Positions 8,820 through 22,171 of a stretch of DNA of 32,000 nucleotides are shown one piece after another. The stretch is from the sequence record OZ374478.1; one strand, given 5' to 3'. The position numbers and the translations under genes were made by a program. The notes below the pieces were generated by a model. The model did not search any database. It had not been told where the DNA came from and saw only the letters and a list, made by a program, of their open reading frames with translations. Numbering within the stretch: the first letter of the stretch is position 1; the number at the start of each line of letters is the position of its first letter.

Positions 8820-10628
8820 TCACTTTCTCCAAATATCCCAAAATGAAAAATCCCATAACAGTTTATTCATCAAAGTGGGATGCGCCACTTTGAATAGGTA
8901 GTACATGAAGCCAGCTTCTTGATGATCATCAAAGATCACGTACATGAATAAAATCATACACGACACAATCGAACATACTACCAATACCATTGCTGGAAAA
9001 CCTACGTCCTTATAAAACTTTTTCATCAACTTTTTTTGAAATGGAATGCATACTGTAAGCCAAATAGACGACACTAAGATTGCTGGCATACAAACCAGTA
9101 AAAGGAGCCAGTACACGTTAAAAAGAAAAGTCAAGATCCCAGGGCGATTTGAGACATCGGCCGGAATCTCCAATGTACCCGGAAAATCGGGGTCAATTGT
9201 ATCTAACATTAACACAGTGACTAACACTATACGTACCGTAGTAATCGGACACCAAAGTGTACATTTCACGTGATGAAACATCCATAAAGCTAAAAAAGCT
9301 TTATATGGTGTCATCTTTTGTGCAACACACTTGACATATAGTTTGCGCGCTTGGAAATCATGCAAAGCTTTGCACAACGACACTAAACCAATGAAAAGAC
9401 TTGGTCGAAGACAGAAAAACCACACACCACATTCTAATATACCTTCAAGTCCCTTGTGATAGACAAAGGTAAGGTCTAACAACGAGTGTTTTTCAAATGG
9501 CTTTTCCGGAGTATTAAACAGTTGGTCCAATACCGTATCCTCTTTTGGACTATTGACTTCGGTATTGTTTTTTGAATTATTGGTTTGGATACCTTGAATC
9601 GCATGAACAGGGTGAGTATTACCTGATGCAGAAACAGGGAGGGCACCAGACCGTCCCGCAAGCTGGTCCTGCGTCATTCCAAACGAATTGTTGAAGTGGG
9701 AACTCGGTGATACTGGATCTTGTGCGTCCAGATTTCTTTGATCTTGATGGTTTAACGTGTACGTCATGAGTTGTAGCTCTAGTGGGTTTGTTTCTTCAGG
9801 AGAAGGTAGGTTTGTTTCGTTTGAATGCCTTTTTGTATCCTGGGTGATCTCTTTTTTTGATTGTGTGCTTTCGTTGGATTCTGTGCTTTCGTTTGTTGAT
9901 TTTCGAGAAACAACTGGCGATGAGAGTTCTGAATTCACTCGTGATGCTTTTGCAACAATTCTGTGGATTTGGTTCACTGTGCCATCAGCAAGCTGTAACG
10001 TGTCAATGTTGAGTAAAGCTGTGGCATTTGCATCCACCGCATCTCGAAGCTTTTGTGCAGACTCCTGAAGGAGTGTTTCGTATTGTGCGATTTTTTTTGT
10101 TGTCTCCTCCACATATAGGATTTCACAATCCTGACCTCTCTTTTGGCATGTGGGGTGTATGTTTTCTACGTTGTTCTTAAGCTCCATGATCTTTATTTCA
10201 ATATCTAGTGGATAAAGATCATCTTGGAGCTTAGGTATGAAAGTAAAGACGGTCAAATCAAATTTGCCGTCGGGGTTGAGGACAAATAATTCTGGAAGAA
10301 ATTCTGATACATTATGTCTGCCAATTGGCATTTTGGATACCCACTTGAGAGTCGCCTGTACGCCAATACAGTCTCCCCCAGTACGGTCAAAGGATTTGCG
10401 CATAACCGCGTTGACCACTTTTTCCAGGTATCCCTTGAGCCGTGCAGCATCCTCTGGAGTGAGTTGATCGTACGGGACTCGTTTTCCCATTTTATCTAAA
10501 ATATCACCCACAGCTTGCTTCATGTATTCTTCTGAGAGTTCTTTTAAAACACCACCGAATATCTTGTACAGGGCGTGGTGAACGGCCTTGAATAAATCAA
10601 ACATTTGCTTGCCTGTTTTTTGTAACAA
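8820..10628 (-). CDS. orf602: hypothetical protein with soluble N-terminal region, low-complexity linker and C-terminal multi-pass membrane domain
   Basis: The frame is open for 602 codons. The track start at 10628 is TTG; the first ATG is at 10604 (MFDLFKAV...). Residues ~235-380 are S/T/N/E/Q-rich. The last ~200 aa contain 5-6 hydrophobic segments (WFFCLRPSLFIGLVSL, VRIVLVTVLML, FNVYWLLLLVCMPAILVSSIWLTV, FPAMVLVVCSIVSCMILFMYVIF). It contains no GC-repeat modules and shows no similarity I can recognise. Confidence 0.6.
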   Translation of the reverse strand: MLQKTGKQMFDLFKAVHHALYKIFGGVLKELSEEYMKQAVGDILDKMGKRVPYDQLTPEDAARLKGYLEKVVNAVMRKSFDRTGGDCIGVQATLKWVSKMPIGRHNVSEFLPELFVLNPDGKFDLTVFTFIPKLQDDLYPLDIEIKIMELKNNVENIHPTCQKRGQDCEILYVEETTKKIAQYETLLQESAQKLRDAVDANATALLNIDTLQLADGTVNQIHRIVAKASRVNSELSSPVVSRKSTNESTESNESTQSKKEITQDTKRHSNETNLPSPEETNPLELQLMTYTLNHQDQRNLDAQDPVSPSSHFNNSFGMTQDQLAGRSGALPVSASGNTHPVHAIQGIQTNNSKNNTEVNSPKEDTVLDQLFNTPEKPFEKHSLLDLTFVYHKGLEGILECGVWFFCLRPSLFIGLVSLCKALHDFQARKLYVKCVAQKMTPYKAFLALWMFHHVKCTLWCPITTVRIVLVTVLMLDTIDPDFPGTLEIPADVSNRPGILTFLFNVYWLLLLVCMPAILVSSIWLTVCIPFQKKLMKKFYKDVGFPAMVLVVCSIVSCMILFMYVIFDDHQEAGFMYYLFKVAHPTLMNKLLWDFSFWDIWRK

Positions 10629-10648
10629 TCATACAAAAGTATGTTTTG
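10624..10648 (-). promoter_or_regulatory. Leader motif shared with orf329
   Basis: See 7508-7538. It overlaps or abuts the 5' end of the orf602 frame. Confidence 0.4.
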
Positions 10649-10684
10649 ATGATCTTTCAGCTCCAAAAGGTGTCTGGAGACACT

Positions 10685-10750
10685 CATGCGCTCGCCCTCG
10701 AAGAGCTCCTTTGTGACTCGAAGAGCGCCTGCGGCGATGGGTGCTCTTTG
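10685..10750. repeat. GC-rich modular repeat cluster
   Basis: CTCGCCCTCGAAGAGCTCCTTTGTGACTCGAAGAGCGCCTGCGGCGA modules, shared with 28310-28350. Confidence 0.8.
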
Positions 10751-10769
10751 CATTTTTTTGAAGGCTTCC

Positions 10770-11652
<883 letters not shown>

Positions 11653-11695
11653 GTTTTAATCAGTATATTACAAAAAAAGAGTCTTCAATGTACAA

Positions 11696-12620
<925 letters not shown>

Positions 12621-12761
12621 CAAGTTGAACACATCTAAGAAAGCATCATAGTACACATCTTCCAAAGGAACACATGCACATACAATGAACAGAAAAATAA
12701 ATATACACAAGCAAAATATGCATCACGCATAAAACAAAAACAATCCAAATGTGTTCAAAAA

Positions 12762-12965
12762 CGATGCACATATTTTATTTTTCATTATTGGCCTCTAAAT
12801 GCAAGGGACATCTGTATGGCATGTTCTTTTTCACAAGACATGTGTCAACCGTGTATCCACCACACACGAGCATGGAAAAGCTTTCTCACACAGACAAAAA
12901 TGTATGTATACATTTTCGTGGAAGTTTCTGTGCCTTAGTGCAACCCATTGTTGACTCAAATTCAA
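12762..12965. promoter_or_regulatory. Conserved block upstream of rns, shared with the region upstream of cox1
   Basis: 12762-12845 (containing TTTTATTTT...CCTCTAAATGCAAGG...GACATGT) matches 28643-28725 in direct orientation. 12905-12965 (TTTCGTGGAAGTTTCTGTGCCTTAGTGCAACCCATTGTTGACTCAAATTCA) matches the reverse complement of 28905-28968. Confidence 0.35.
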
Positions 12966-13087
12966 AATGCTAATCCAAAACATATATTTTCCACTTTTTT
13001 TCATGAAAAAGCCACATAACAAAGAATAAGAACGATTTTCCTTCCCTCCAAGAATTCTTTCTTCAAAAAAGCTTTCCAAAAGCACTT

Positions 13088-14400
13088 TTTGAGTTCGAGT
13101 TCAAGTCACTCATGCGTCTTCGAAGCAACCTCAAACTCGAACTCGCTCAAAGAGCTCTTCGAGGGCGAGCGTTTTCAGAAACAAGCTTCGCAAAAGAGCT
13201 CTTCAAGTCAAAACCTTTCTTGAATGAATGTTTTATTATTCATGGATTGACACATGCTGCTACTGTTTCAAAGAGCTTTTTTATGGCTCGCTCAAAGAGT
13301 TTTTCAATAGGAACGTTTCAAGTAACAAACATTGTATTGCTTTTGAAACCAATGCCTTCAAGGCCAGTATCGCGTTCTTCGAGTCTGGAGCTCTTGGAGA
13401 TATCTGCAAATAAAAAAATGGTGTCATTTCCTAGTAGGAAGAGATCTCGAACTCGCTCAAAGAGCTCTTCCAGTCACCCATGCTTCTTCGAAGCAACCTC
13501 AAAGAGCGCTTTTTCCAAAGGAACTCTTCGAGGAGCGACAAGCTTTGCAAAGGAGCTCTTTGAGGGCGAGCGCCTCCGGCGACATTATTTTATTGTTTTT
13601 GAAATCAATCACTTTAAAACCCGCAAATACTCGCACATCCAAAAATGATGCCATTTCCTCCTAGGAAGAGATACAACATTTTATTGTTTTTGGAACCAAT
13701 CACTTCTAAACTCGCGTATATGCGAAGACGGAAAAATGATGCCATTTTCTCCTAGGAAGAGATACAACATTTTATTGTTTTTGGAACCAATCACTTCTAA
13801 ACTCGCATATATGCGAAAATCAAAAAATGATGCCATTCCCCAGTAGGAAGAGATCTCGAAGAGCTCCTTTGGAGACATTATTTTATTGTTTTTGACACCA
13901 ATCACTTCTAAACTCGCATATATGCGAAGACCCAAAAATGATGCCATTTTCTCCTAGGAAGAGATCTCGAACTCGAAGAGCGCCTTTGGCGAGCTCCTTT
14001 GCGAAGCTTGTCGCTCCTCGAAGAGTTCCTTTGGAAAAAGCGCTCTTTGAGGTTGCTTCGAAGAAGCATGGGTGACTCGAACTCGAAGAGCGCCTCTGGC
14101 GAGCGCCTCCGGCGACATTATTTTATTGTTTTTGACACCAATGATTTCTAAACCTGCAAATAGTAGCAAATTGAAAAATGATGTCACTTTCTCCTAGGAA
14201 GAGATCTCGAACTCGAAGAGCGCCTCCGGCGAGCGCCTTTGGCGAGCTCCTTTGCGAAGCTTGTCGCTCCTCGAAGAGTTCCTTTGGAAAAAGCGCTCTT
14301 TGAGGTTGCTTCGAAGAAGCATGGGTGACTCAAAGAGCGTTTCCGCTTTGCGAAGAAGCGCCTCTGGCGAGCGCCTCCGGCGACAAAACCTTCGGAGTAA
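13088..14400. repeat. Composite repeat region: ~92-bp AT-rich units interleaved with GC-rich modules
   Basis: Units of the form (G)ACATTATTTTATTGTTTTTGA.ACCAATCACTTCTAAACTCGCATATATGCGAAGAC..AAAAATGATGCCATTTTCTCCTAGGAAGAGAT begin at ~13581, 13673, 13764, 13875 and 14113, with a partial copy at ~13404-13455. They are separated by CTCGAACTCGAAGAGCGCC and TTGCTTCGAAGAAGCATGGGTG modules (14053-14074 and 14306-14327; reverse copy at 13475-13496). Confidence 0.9.
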
Positions 14401-15267
14401 CAAGCCACGGAGAATGTCGCTTTTCACGTAGCGCTTCTGGGAAATGTACTGCACCTGTTTCACCTGGAAAAAATGTATCCGATCTACGTGCCACATCTTG
14501 ATGCTTTTCCAAACGGAAATCAAAAATATGACCAACAAAGTAAATGACTTCATTTAAAATAAATAACACATCTTTTCTCGAACTCGAAGAGCGCCTCTGG
14601 CAAGCGCCGCCGGCGGAAGCATTGAAACTGAATCTGCTTTCCCATGTGAATGGCACCTCCAAACCACCACGCTTTCTTTGCAAACGATATGACTTTCTTT
14701 GGCGCGTAAAAACACTTCCACGCCTCCAACGAAAGACTCCCTTTTTCAAAGCAAGAAAAGTCTTGCCTTTTGCGAAGTATTCTATCGTTTTCAAAACAAA
14801 AAACAATGGAAAGAAATGGCCAATCAATTATCAAGTATATATGCTTCTTCACACCAATCTTCTGCAACAACACGCGTATTGAAAATATCTTTGACCCAGA
14901 AAAATGATTTTGAAAATAAAAAGAGTCAAAAAACATCTCTTCTCAAATGCTCAATAAGCTATCATATTTAAACGTGACTGCATTTTCCATGTTCAAAGGT
15001 CTTCTTGTATCAAGGAATCAACAAAGTGTCGTGAATGAGCAAAAAATGATGTTTTATAATACATTGCATCTTCAAAAACGCTTTGAACACATGAAGAAAC
15101 CTTTCCTTCCCAAAACATACATATTGAAACAAAGAAATTCTTCAAACGAATGCTTTCCCAAAAGCTCTTCCCGTGAACGATGCTTGCGAATCCTGTGAAA
15201 CCCTTTCATTCAAATACAATGTATTACAATAAAACATAGAATTATTCACATACAATAAAGCATAATC

Positions 15268-15345
15268 CCCTTCTTCGCCCGATCGCCGCAGGCGCTCGCC
15301 AGAGGCGCTCTTCGAGTTCGAGTTCGAGTCAGAAGAGCGTTTCAA
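15268..15345. repeat. GC-rich modular repeat cluster
   Basis: CCCCTTCTTCGCCCGATCGCCGCAGGCGCTCGCCAGAGGCGCTCTTCGAGTTCGAGTTCGAGTCAGAAGAGCG. Confidence 0.85.
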
Positions 15346-15429
15346 GCGACATACCCTTCCGTCGGAGTAGAGCTAGGAAACGAAGAGGCGTCTTTGACAT
15401 TGAAACCAGTGAATGTTGTGTACGCAATG

Positions 15430-16040
15430 AAAGCGAATGTATTTGAGTGAAACAAACGCTCTATTCAAATGCAATGGATTACAATAAAACATATATATAT
15501 ATATTAAACAATGTATTACAATGAAACAAACGCTCTATTCAAATGCAATGTTTTACAATCAAACATATATATATAAACAATGTTTTACAATGAAACGTAT
15601 ATATTCAAATACAATCTATTACAATGAAATATATATATATATAAACAATGTATGACAATAAAACATATATTACAATGAAACGTATCTATTCAAATGCAAT
15701 GTATTACAATAAAACATATATATATATTAAACAACGTATTACAATGAAACGTATCTATTCAAATGCAATGCATTATATATAAAACATATATATACATATA
15801 TTGTAAGCAATGTATTACAATAAAACAATGTATTATATATATAAAACATATATCTATTCAATACCAATATATTACAATACAACATATATATATTAAACAA
15901 TGTATTACAATAAAACATATATATATTATAAACAATGTATTACAATAAAACATATATATTATATAAACAATGTATTACAATAAAACATATATATTATATA
16001 AACAATGTATTATATATAAAACATATATATTATATAAGCA
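15430..16040. repeat. AT-rich imperfect tandem array
   Basis: Many copies of AAACAATGTATTACAAT(A/G)AAAC(A/G)TATATAT with variable (TA)n spacers and unit lengths of roughly 30-70 bp. The array is bounded by the X motif at 15375-15409 and 16051-16086. Confidence 0.9.
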
Positions 16041-16070
16041 TAGTGAAGGAAGGAAACTAAGAAGTGTCTT

Positions 16071-16350
16071 TGACGTTGAAACCGGCTATGCGACGTTGAA
16101 AGCCGTTATGCGACGTTGAAAGCGGTTATGTGACGTTGAAAGCGGCTATGCGACGTTGAAAGCGGCTATGTGTGGCTATGCGACGTTGAAAGCTGCTATG
16201 TGTGGCTATGCGACGTTGAAAGCTGCTATGTGACGTTGAAAGCGGCTATGTGCGGCTATGTGACGTTGAAAGCGGCTATGTGACGTTGGAACCGGCTATG
16301 TGCGGCTATGTGCGGCTATGTGCGGTTATGTGACGTTGGAACCGGCTATG
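16071..16350. repeat. Tandem array built from two alternating 10-mers with a strict 10-bp phase
   Basis: About 28 consecutive 10-mers of two types: A = (T/C)GACGTTG(A/G)A and B = A(G/C)CGGCTATG or TG(C/T)GGCTATG. The pattern is AB AB AB ... with occasional extra B units. The array is bounded by AGGAAACTAAGAAGTGTCTTTGACGTTGAAACCGG at 16051-16086 and 16358-16393. Confidence 0.9.
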
Positions 16351-16454
16351 TGAAGCAAGGAAACTAAGAAGTGTCTTTGACGTTGAAACCGGCTATGTAG
16401 TTAAACCGAGTGTTTGCATTGAAACCAATGTATTCTTTTCAAACAAAAATTAAA

Positions 16455-16915
16455 TAAAGCGCTTCCCCCACCTTCGTCTCGCTTTCTCGTTCCCTCGCTT
16501 TCTTCACCTTCTTTCAACTCCATTTTCTTTTTCATCGCGCGCTCAGCTCGGCTCGATCTCGTGGCCACCAGCAGCCCGCCCTATATCTCAAAGATCCATT
16601 TCACTCCACGTCTTCCTTCATCACTTTTTTACAATTCACAGTTTCTGATTCACTCGCTCGCTATTCACTCATTCCGCTCCCTTCGTCGCTTCATTCATGG
16701 CTCAACTTCGCTCATCAGTTTCGCCCCCTTCTGCGTCTCCACTCATTTCGTTTCCTTCGTCACTCCATTCGCTCCAACTTGAACCCGGCACCCACCCGAA
16801 AGAGCTTCACTTCGTTCGCTTTCACTCAAGCTCCATTTCCCCCCTTCTCTTTCATTTCTTTTTTTCTCTGCCTTTTAGTAAAACAACGTTGACTCAAATT
16901 CACATACTCTTTTTC
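16455..16915. other. ~460-bp strongly pyrimidine-rich (C+T) tract on the plus strand with reiterated TCACTC motifs
   Basis: There are very few G residues across 16455-16915. (A/T)TCACTC-like motifs recur: TTTCACTCCACG, GATTCACTCGCTCGCTATTCACTCATTCC, TCCACTCATTTCG, CGTCACTCCATTCGCTCC, CTTTCACTCAAGCTCC. The plus-strand ORFs here are S/P/F-rich compositional artefacts. Confidence 0.8.
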
Positions 16916-17209
16916 AAAACACAATAAAACGCACTCCCACACACATAAAAACAACATGCATACACCCAAAAATGCTCTGCAAAAGAAACAAAATATGTTT
17001 TGCAAAAGAAAAAACCTTGCATTAAGAGGACAATCTTCAAAAAAATATGTACTTCATTTTTTGTTCTCTATGTATTGAAAAAACATAGGATTCTCCAACG
17101 CACAATGTATGGAATATATATGCATGCAAAACATGTAGAAAATGCAAAACATGTTTTTTTCAAGTATATTCTTGTCCCAACAAGAACATGTTGGGCACTG
17201 ATTGTTCAT

Positions 17210-17695
17210 TTAACGCAACGCAGAACCAGTTTGAGAATGATCTGTTTCTTTGATTGCGGGAATCTCTTCAAATGTATGATATGCTGGAGGTGATGCAATC
17301 GCCCACTCAAGTGATGACACAGTTTTGTCATCATCAAATTGCCATGGGTTATCTGCACACTTTTCACCTTGTGTCAGTGTAACGTATACTACATAAAAAA
17401 AGAACACACTTGCAAGAATAGATAAGTATGAGCCATAACTACATACGACGTTCCAGCCAGCAAATGCGTCTGGGTAATCCGGGATACGACGAGGCATACC
17501 GGCTAACCCTAAGAAATGCATAGGAAAGAAGGTAAGGTTTACACCAATAAAGAAAAGCCAGAAATGAATCTGTCCTAATGTTTCTGGATATTGGTACCCT
17601 GAAATTTTCCCAATCCAATAGTAAAAACCAGCAAACAATGCAAACACTGCACCCATAGAAAGCACATAGTGAAAGTGCGCTACTACATAATAGGT
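17210..17695 (-). CDS. cox1: cox1 exon 8 ([18 protein letters not shown]...[16 protein letters not shown])
   Basis: Translation matches the conserved COX1 C-terminal third ([25 protein letters not shown]). It is preceded by intron-terminal G (...CTCGAGAATG|ACC). The stop codon is at 17210-17212. Confidence 0.9.
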   Translation of the reverse strand, partial: TYYVVAHFHYVLSMGAVFALFAGFYYWIGKISGYQYPETLGQIHFWLFFIGVNLTFFPMHFLGLAGMPRRIPDYPDAFAGWNVVCSYGSYLSILASVFFFYVVYVTLTQGEKCADNPWQFDDDKTVSSLEWAIASPPAYHTFEEIPAIKETDHSQTGSALR

Positions 17696-17962
17696 CATTC
17701 TCGAGACACCGCGAAGGGTTTTGTTCGAGAAAACTCTCCACTTTCATGAAGAGTCGGACTATGTCATGACAGTTTTCTTCTGTTTCCAAAAGCGCATCTT
17801 CGCCGCAGGCGCTCTTCGAGTTCCAGGTCTTAAAAACCTTTTCAAGAATGTAAGAAAACATTGCCTTCCGCGTATAGTCTCTGAGGAACCCACAATATGC
17901 GGTTTCCTGCAAATCATCCATTTTCTGCCATACAAACTTTTCTCGGAAAATGCCACTTTTCA

Positions 17963-18275
17963 CTCGCTCCTCGAACTGGAAGAGCGTTTCCGGTGACACA
18001 ACCTTCGCGCGACACACAACCTTCGGAGGGTTCCTTGGATTTTCAATCCGAGCGCGAAGCATTTCTTGCTCGCAAAGCGGAAACGCTCTTTGAGTCACCC
18101 ATGCTTCTTCGAAGCAAGATAAGCTTCGCAAAGGAGCTCGCCAGAGGCGCTCTTCGAGTTCGAGTCAGAACGACTTCGGGCGAAGGAAGTCCCTTCTTCG
18201 CGCGGCACACAACCTTCGGAGTGAGGGCGAGCGTTTCCGGCGAAGAGCGTGTATTTTTTTCCGGCGAAGAGCGTG
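17963..18275. repeat. GC-rich modular repeat cluster inside cox1 intron 7
   Basis: Contains CACCCATGCTTCTTCGAAGCAA (18096-18117), GGCGCTCTTCGAGTTCGAGTCAGAACGACTTCGGGCGAAGGAAGTCCCTTCTTCGCGCGGCACACAACCTTCGGAGT and related modules. Confidence 0.85.
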
Positions 18276-18418
18276 TATCTTTTGTTGAAAGCTTTTCAAA
18301 AAAATATGTGTGCAACTATATATCATAATATCCTTCTCTATAATAAAAGGAGATATCTTTAGGAGTTTTTTGCATAGAGCGAAATGAATATCCACGACAC
18401 CTTCCAAAATCAAAACCA

Positions 18419-20764
<2,346 letters not shown>

Positions 20765-20900
20765 AGCCCAAACGATGAATCCGAGTACACCGATTGATAG
20801 CATAGCATAGATCATCCCAATGACACCAAAAATGGGTTTGCGAGAGAATGTACTAATCACATGGCTCACAATACCGAATCCTGGAAGGATAAGAATGTAT
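20765..20900 (-). CDS. cox1: cox1 exon 6 ((V)[45 protein letters not shown])
   Basis: 136 nt. The first nt completes the Val codon begun in exon 5. The exon is preceded by intron-terminal G (...GAGAATG|ATACATT). Confidence 0.85.
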
Positions 20901-20932
20901 CATTCTCTTGCACATGCAAAACCAGCCAGTTG

Positions 20933-21170
20933 GACCTCAAAGAGCGCTTTTTCCAAAGGAACTCGCCAAAGGCGCTTCTTCGCAAAGCAGAAACGCTCTT
21001 TGAGTCACCCATGCTTCTTCGAAGCAACCTCAAAGAGCACTTTTTCCAAAGGAACTCTTCGAGGAGCGATAAGCTTCGCAAAGGAGCTCTTCGAGCGAGT
21101 TCGAGGAGCGACAAGCTTCGCAAAGGAGCTAGGTTCGAAAGCCATCTCTTGTGGCGCCCTTCGAGACTTG
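20933..21170. repeat. GC-rich modular repeat cluster near the 3' end of cox1 intron 5
   Basis: Contains CACCCATGCTTCTTCGAAGCAA (21006-21027) and CCTCAAAGAGCGCTTTTTCCAAAGGAACTC modules. Confidence 0.85.
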
Positions 21171-21415
21171 TTTTACATATGAACGCTTTGTTTTTCAACA
21201 AAGATGGGACTGTATCTTCAACCTTCCCGTAACATCTTAAGTTTTGCTTTGAAAGCCACTATTTGTCCGAAACCTTCTTGGGTCAAGTGTCTTTTCTGAG
21301 AAATCAAAACAACACACTTGCGCCAATACACATAGTCTCAACGTTTACGACCAAGCATCATAAAACCATCAAAATACTTCACCAGAGCAAACGCTCTTTC
21401 AAAACGAGTAGATGA

Positions 21416-22171
21416 CTAATAAAAAGTTTGCGTGCTTTTACGAAACCCTACATAGCCACCAAATGTCTGTTTGATAACATCCAAAAGCAAACGATCTTTT
21501 TGATCTATTTGCAGCATCACTCGAATGTCACGGGACGTTTTCGTTTGAAAACTGCCATCACCCTCTACAAAACCTGCAAACCAATGTGAATCACAGAAAG
21601 CGACAGTAGGGAATGGTTGGGTATATTTCTCTCTTCTGTTTTTCTGAAAGGAGCTCACCAGAGCCGCTCTTTGGGGCTCGGAACATAGAGCAGATACACG
21701 TGTTTTGAGTTGGTCCTGTTTTGAAGGATGATTAAGGTATGGTTGCACAAGCCGAGCAATATAAGCAACACCTTTTGTGTGTGCACATACATATTTATAT
21801 GCACGTTTGTTTTTGATCTTTGTGACGGTGCCGTATCCAATACGGGATTGAATGAAAAAAGCAAGAGATTTGTCAGTGATGTGAAAAGATATGACACATT
21901 GAGGGATTTTGCTAAAATGCCTTTCAGCATCAATAAGTCCAGCTAAGTACTGAGCAAACATTTGCTCTGTCATGGTGTGTCGTTGGTGTTTTGGTGGATG
22001 GATAGATAGTCCCTTCTTCGAAGGTCGCCGCAGGCGCTCGCCAGAGGCGCTCTTCGAGTTCGAGTCAGAAGAGCTCCTTTGTGACTCAAAGAGCGCCTCC
22101 GGCGACACAACCTTCGGAGTGTCATACAGAAAGATGTTTTTGAAAGAGCATTTTGAAAACATTGTGTTCAA
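21416..22171 (-). CDS. LAGLIDADG homing endonuclease (cox1 intron 5); the likely real start is the ATG at 21973
   Basis: Motifs LAGLIDAERHF and FAGFVEGDGSF. The first 66 codons of the open frame (22171-21974) are read through a GC-repeat cluster, so MTEQMFAQYLAGL... (ATG at 21973) is the more plausible start. Confidence 0.8.
   Translation of the reverse strand: MNTMFSKCSFKNIFLYDTPKVVSPEALFESQRSSSDSNSKSASGERLRRPSKKGLSIHPPKHQRHTMTEQMFAQYLAGLIDAERHFSKIPQCVISFHITDKSLAFFIQSRIGYGTVTKIKNKRAYKYVCAHTKGVAYIARLVQPYLNHPSKQDQLKTRVSALCSEPQRAALVSSFQKNRREKYTQPFPTVAFCDSHWFAGFVEGDGSFQTKTSRDIRVMLQIDQKDRLLLDVIKQTFGGYVGFRKSTQTFY

Noticed and set aside
13681-14936. Minus- and plus-strand ORFs of 74-165 aa in the 13.7-14.9 kb region
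   Set aside because: They are made of translated 92-bp units and GC modules, with multiple overlapping frames and no recognisable domain.
15430-16350. Possible CRISPR-like array
   Set aside because: The repeats are directly adjacent, with no unique spacers of regular length. The units are 10-70 bp and degenerate. The context is an organelle genome and no cas genes are present.
16561-16927. Plus-strand ORFs (73 and 76 aa) rich in S/P/F/L
   Set aside because: They are compositional artefacts of the polypyrimidine tract, where stop codons need purines that are scarce on this strand.
17439-18131. 230-aa minus-strand ORF overlapping cox1 exon 8 and intron 7
   Set aside because: It is out of frame with the clearly conserved cox1 exon 8. 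Its upstream half is GC-module sequence.
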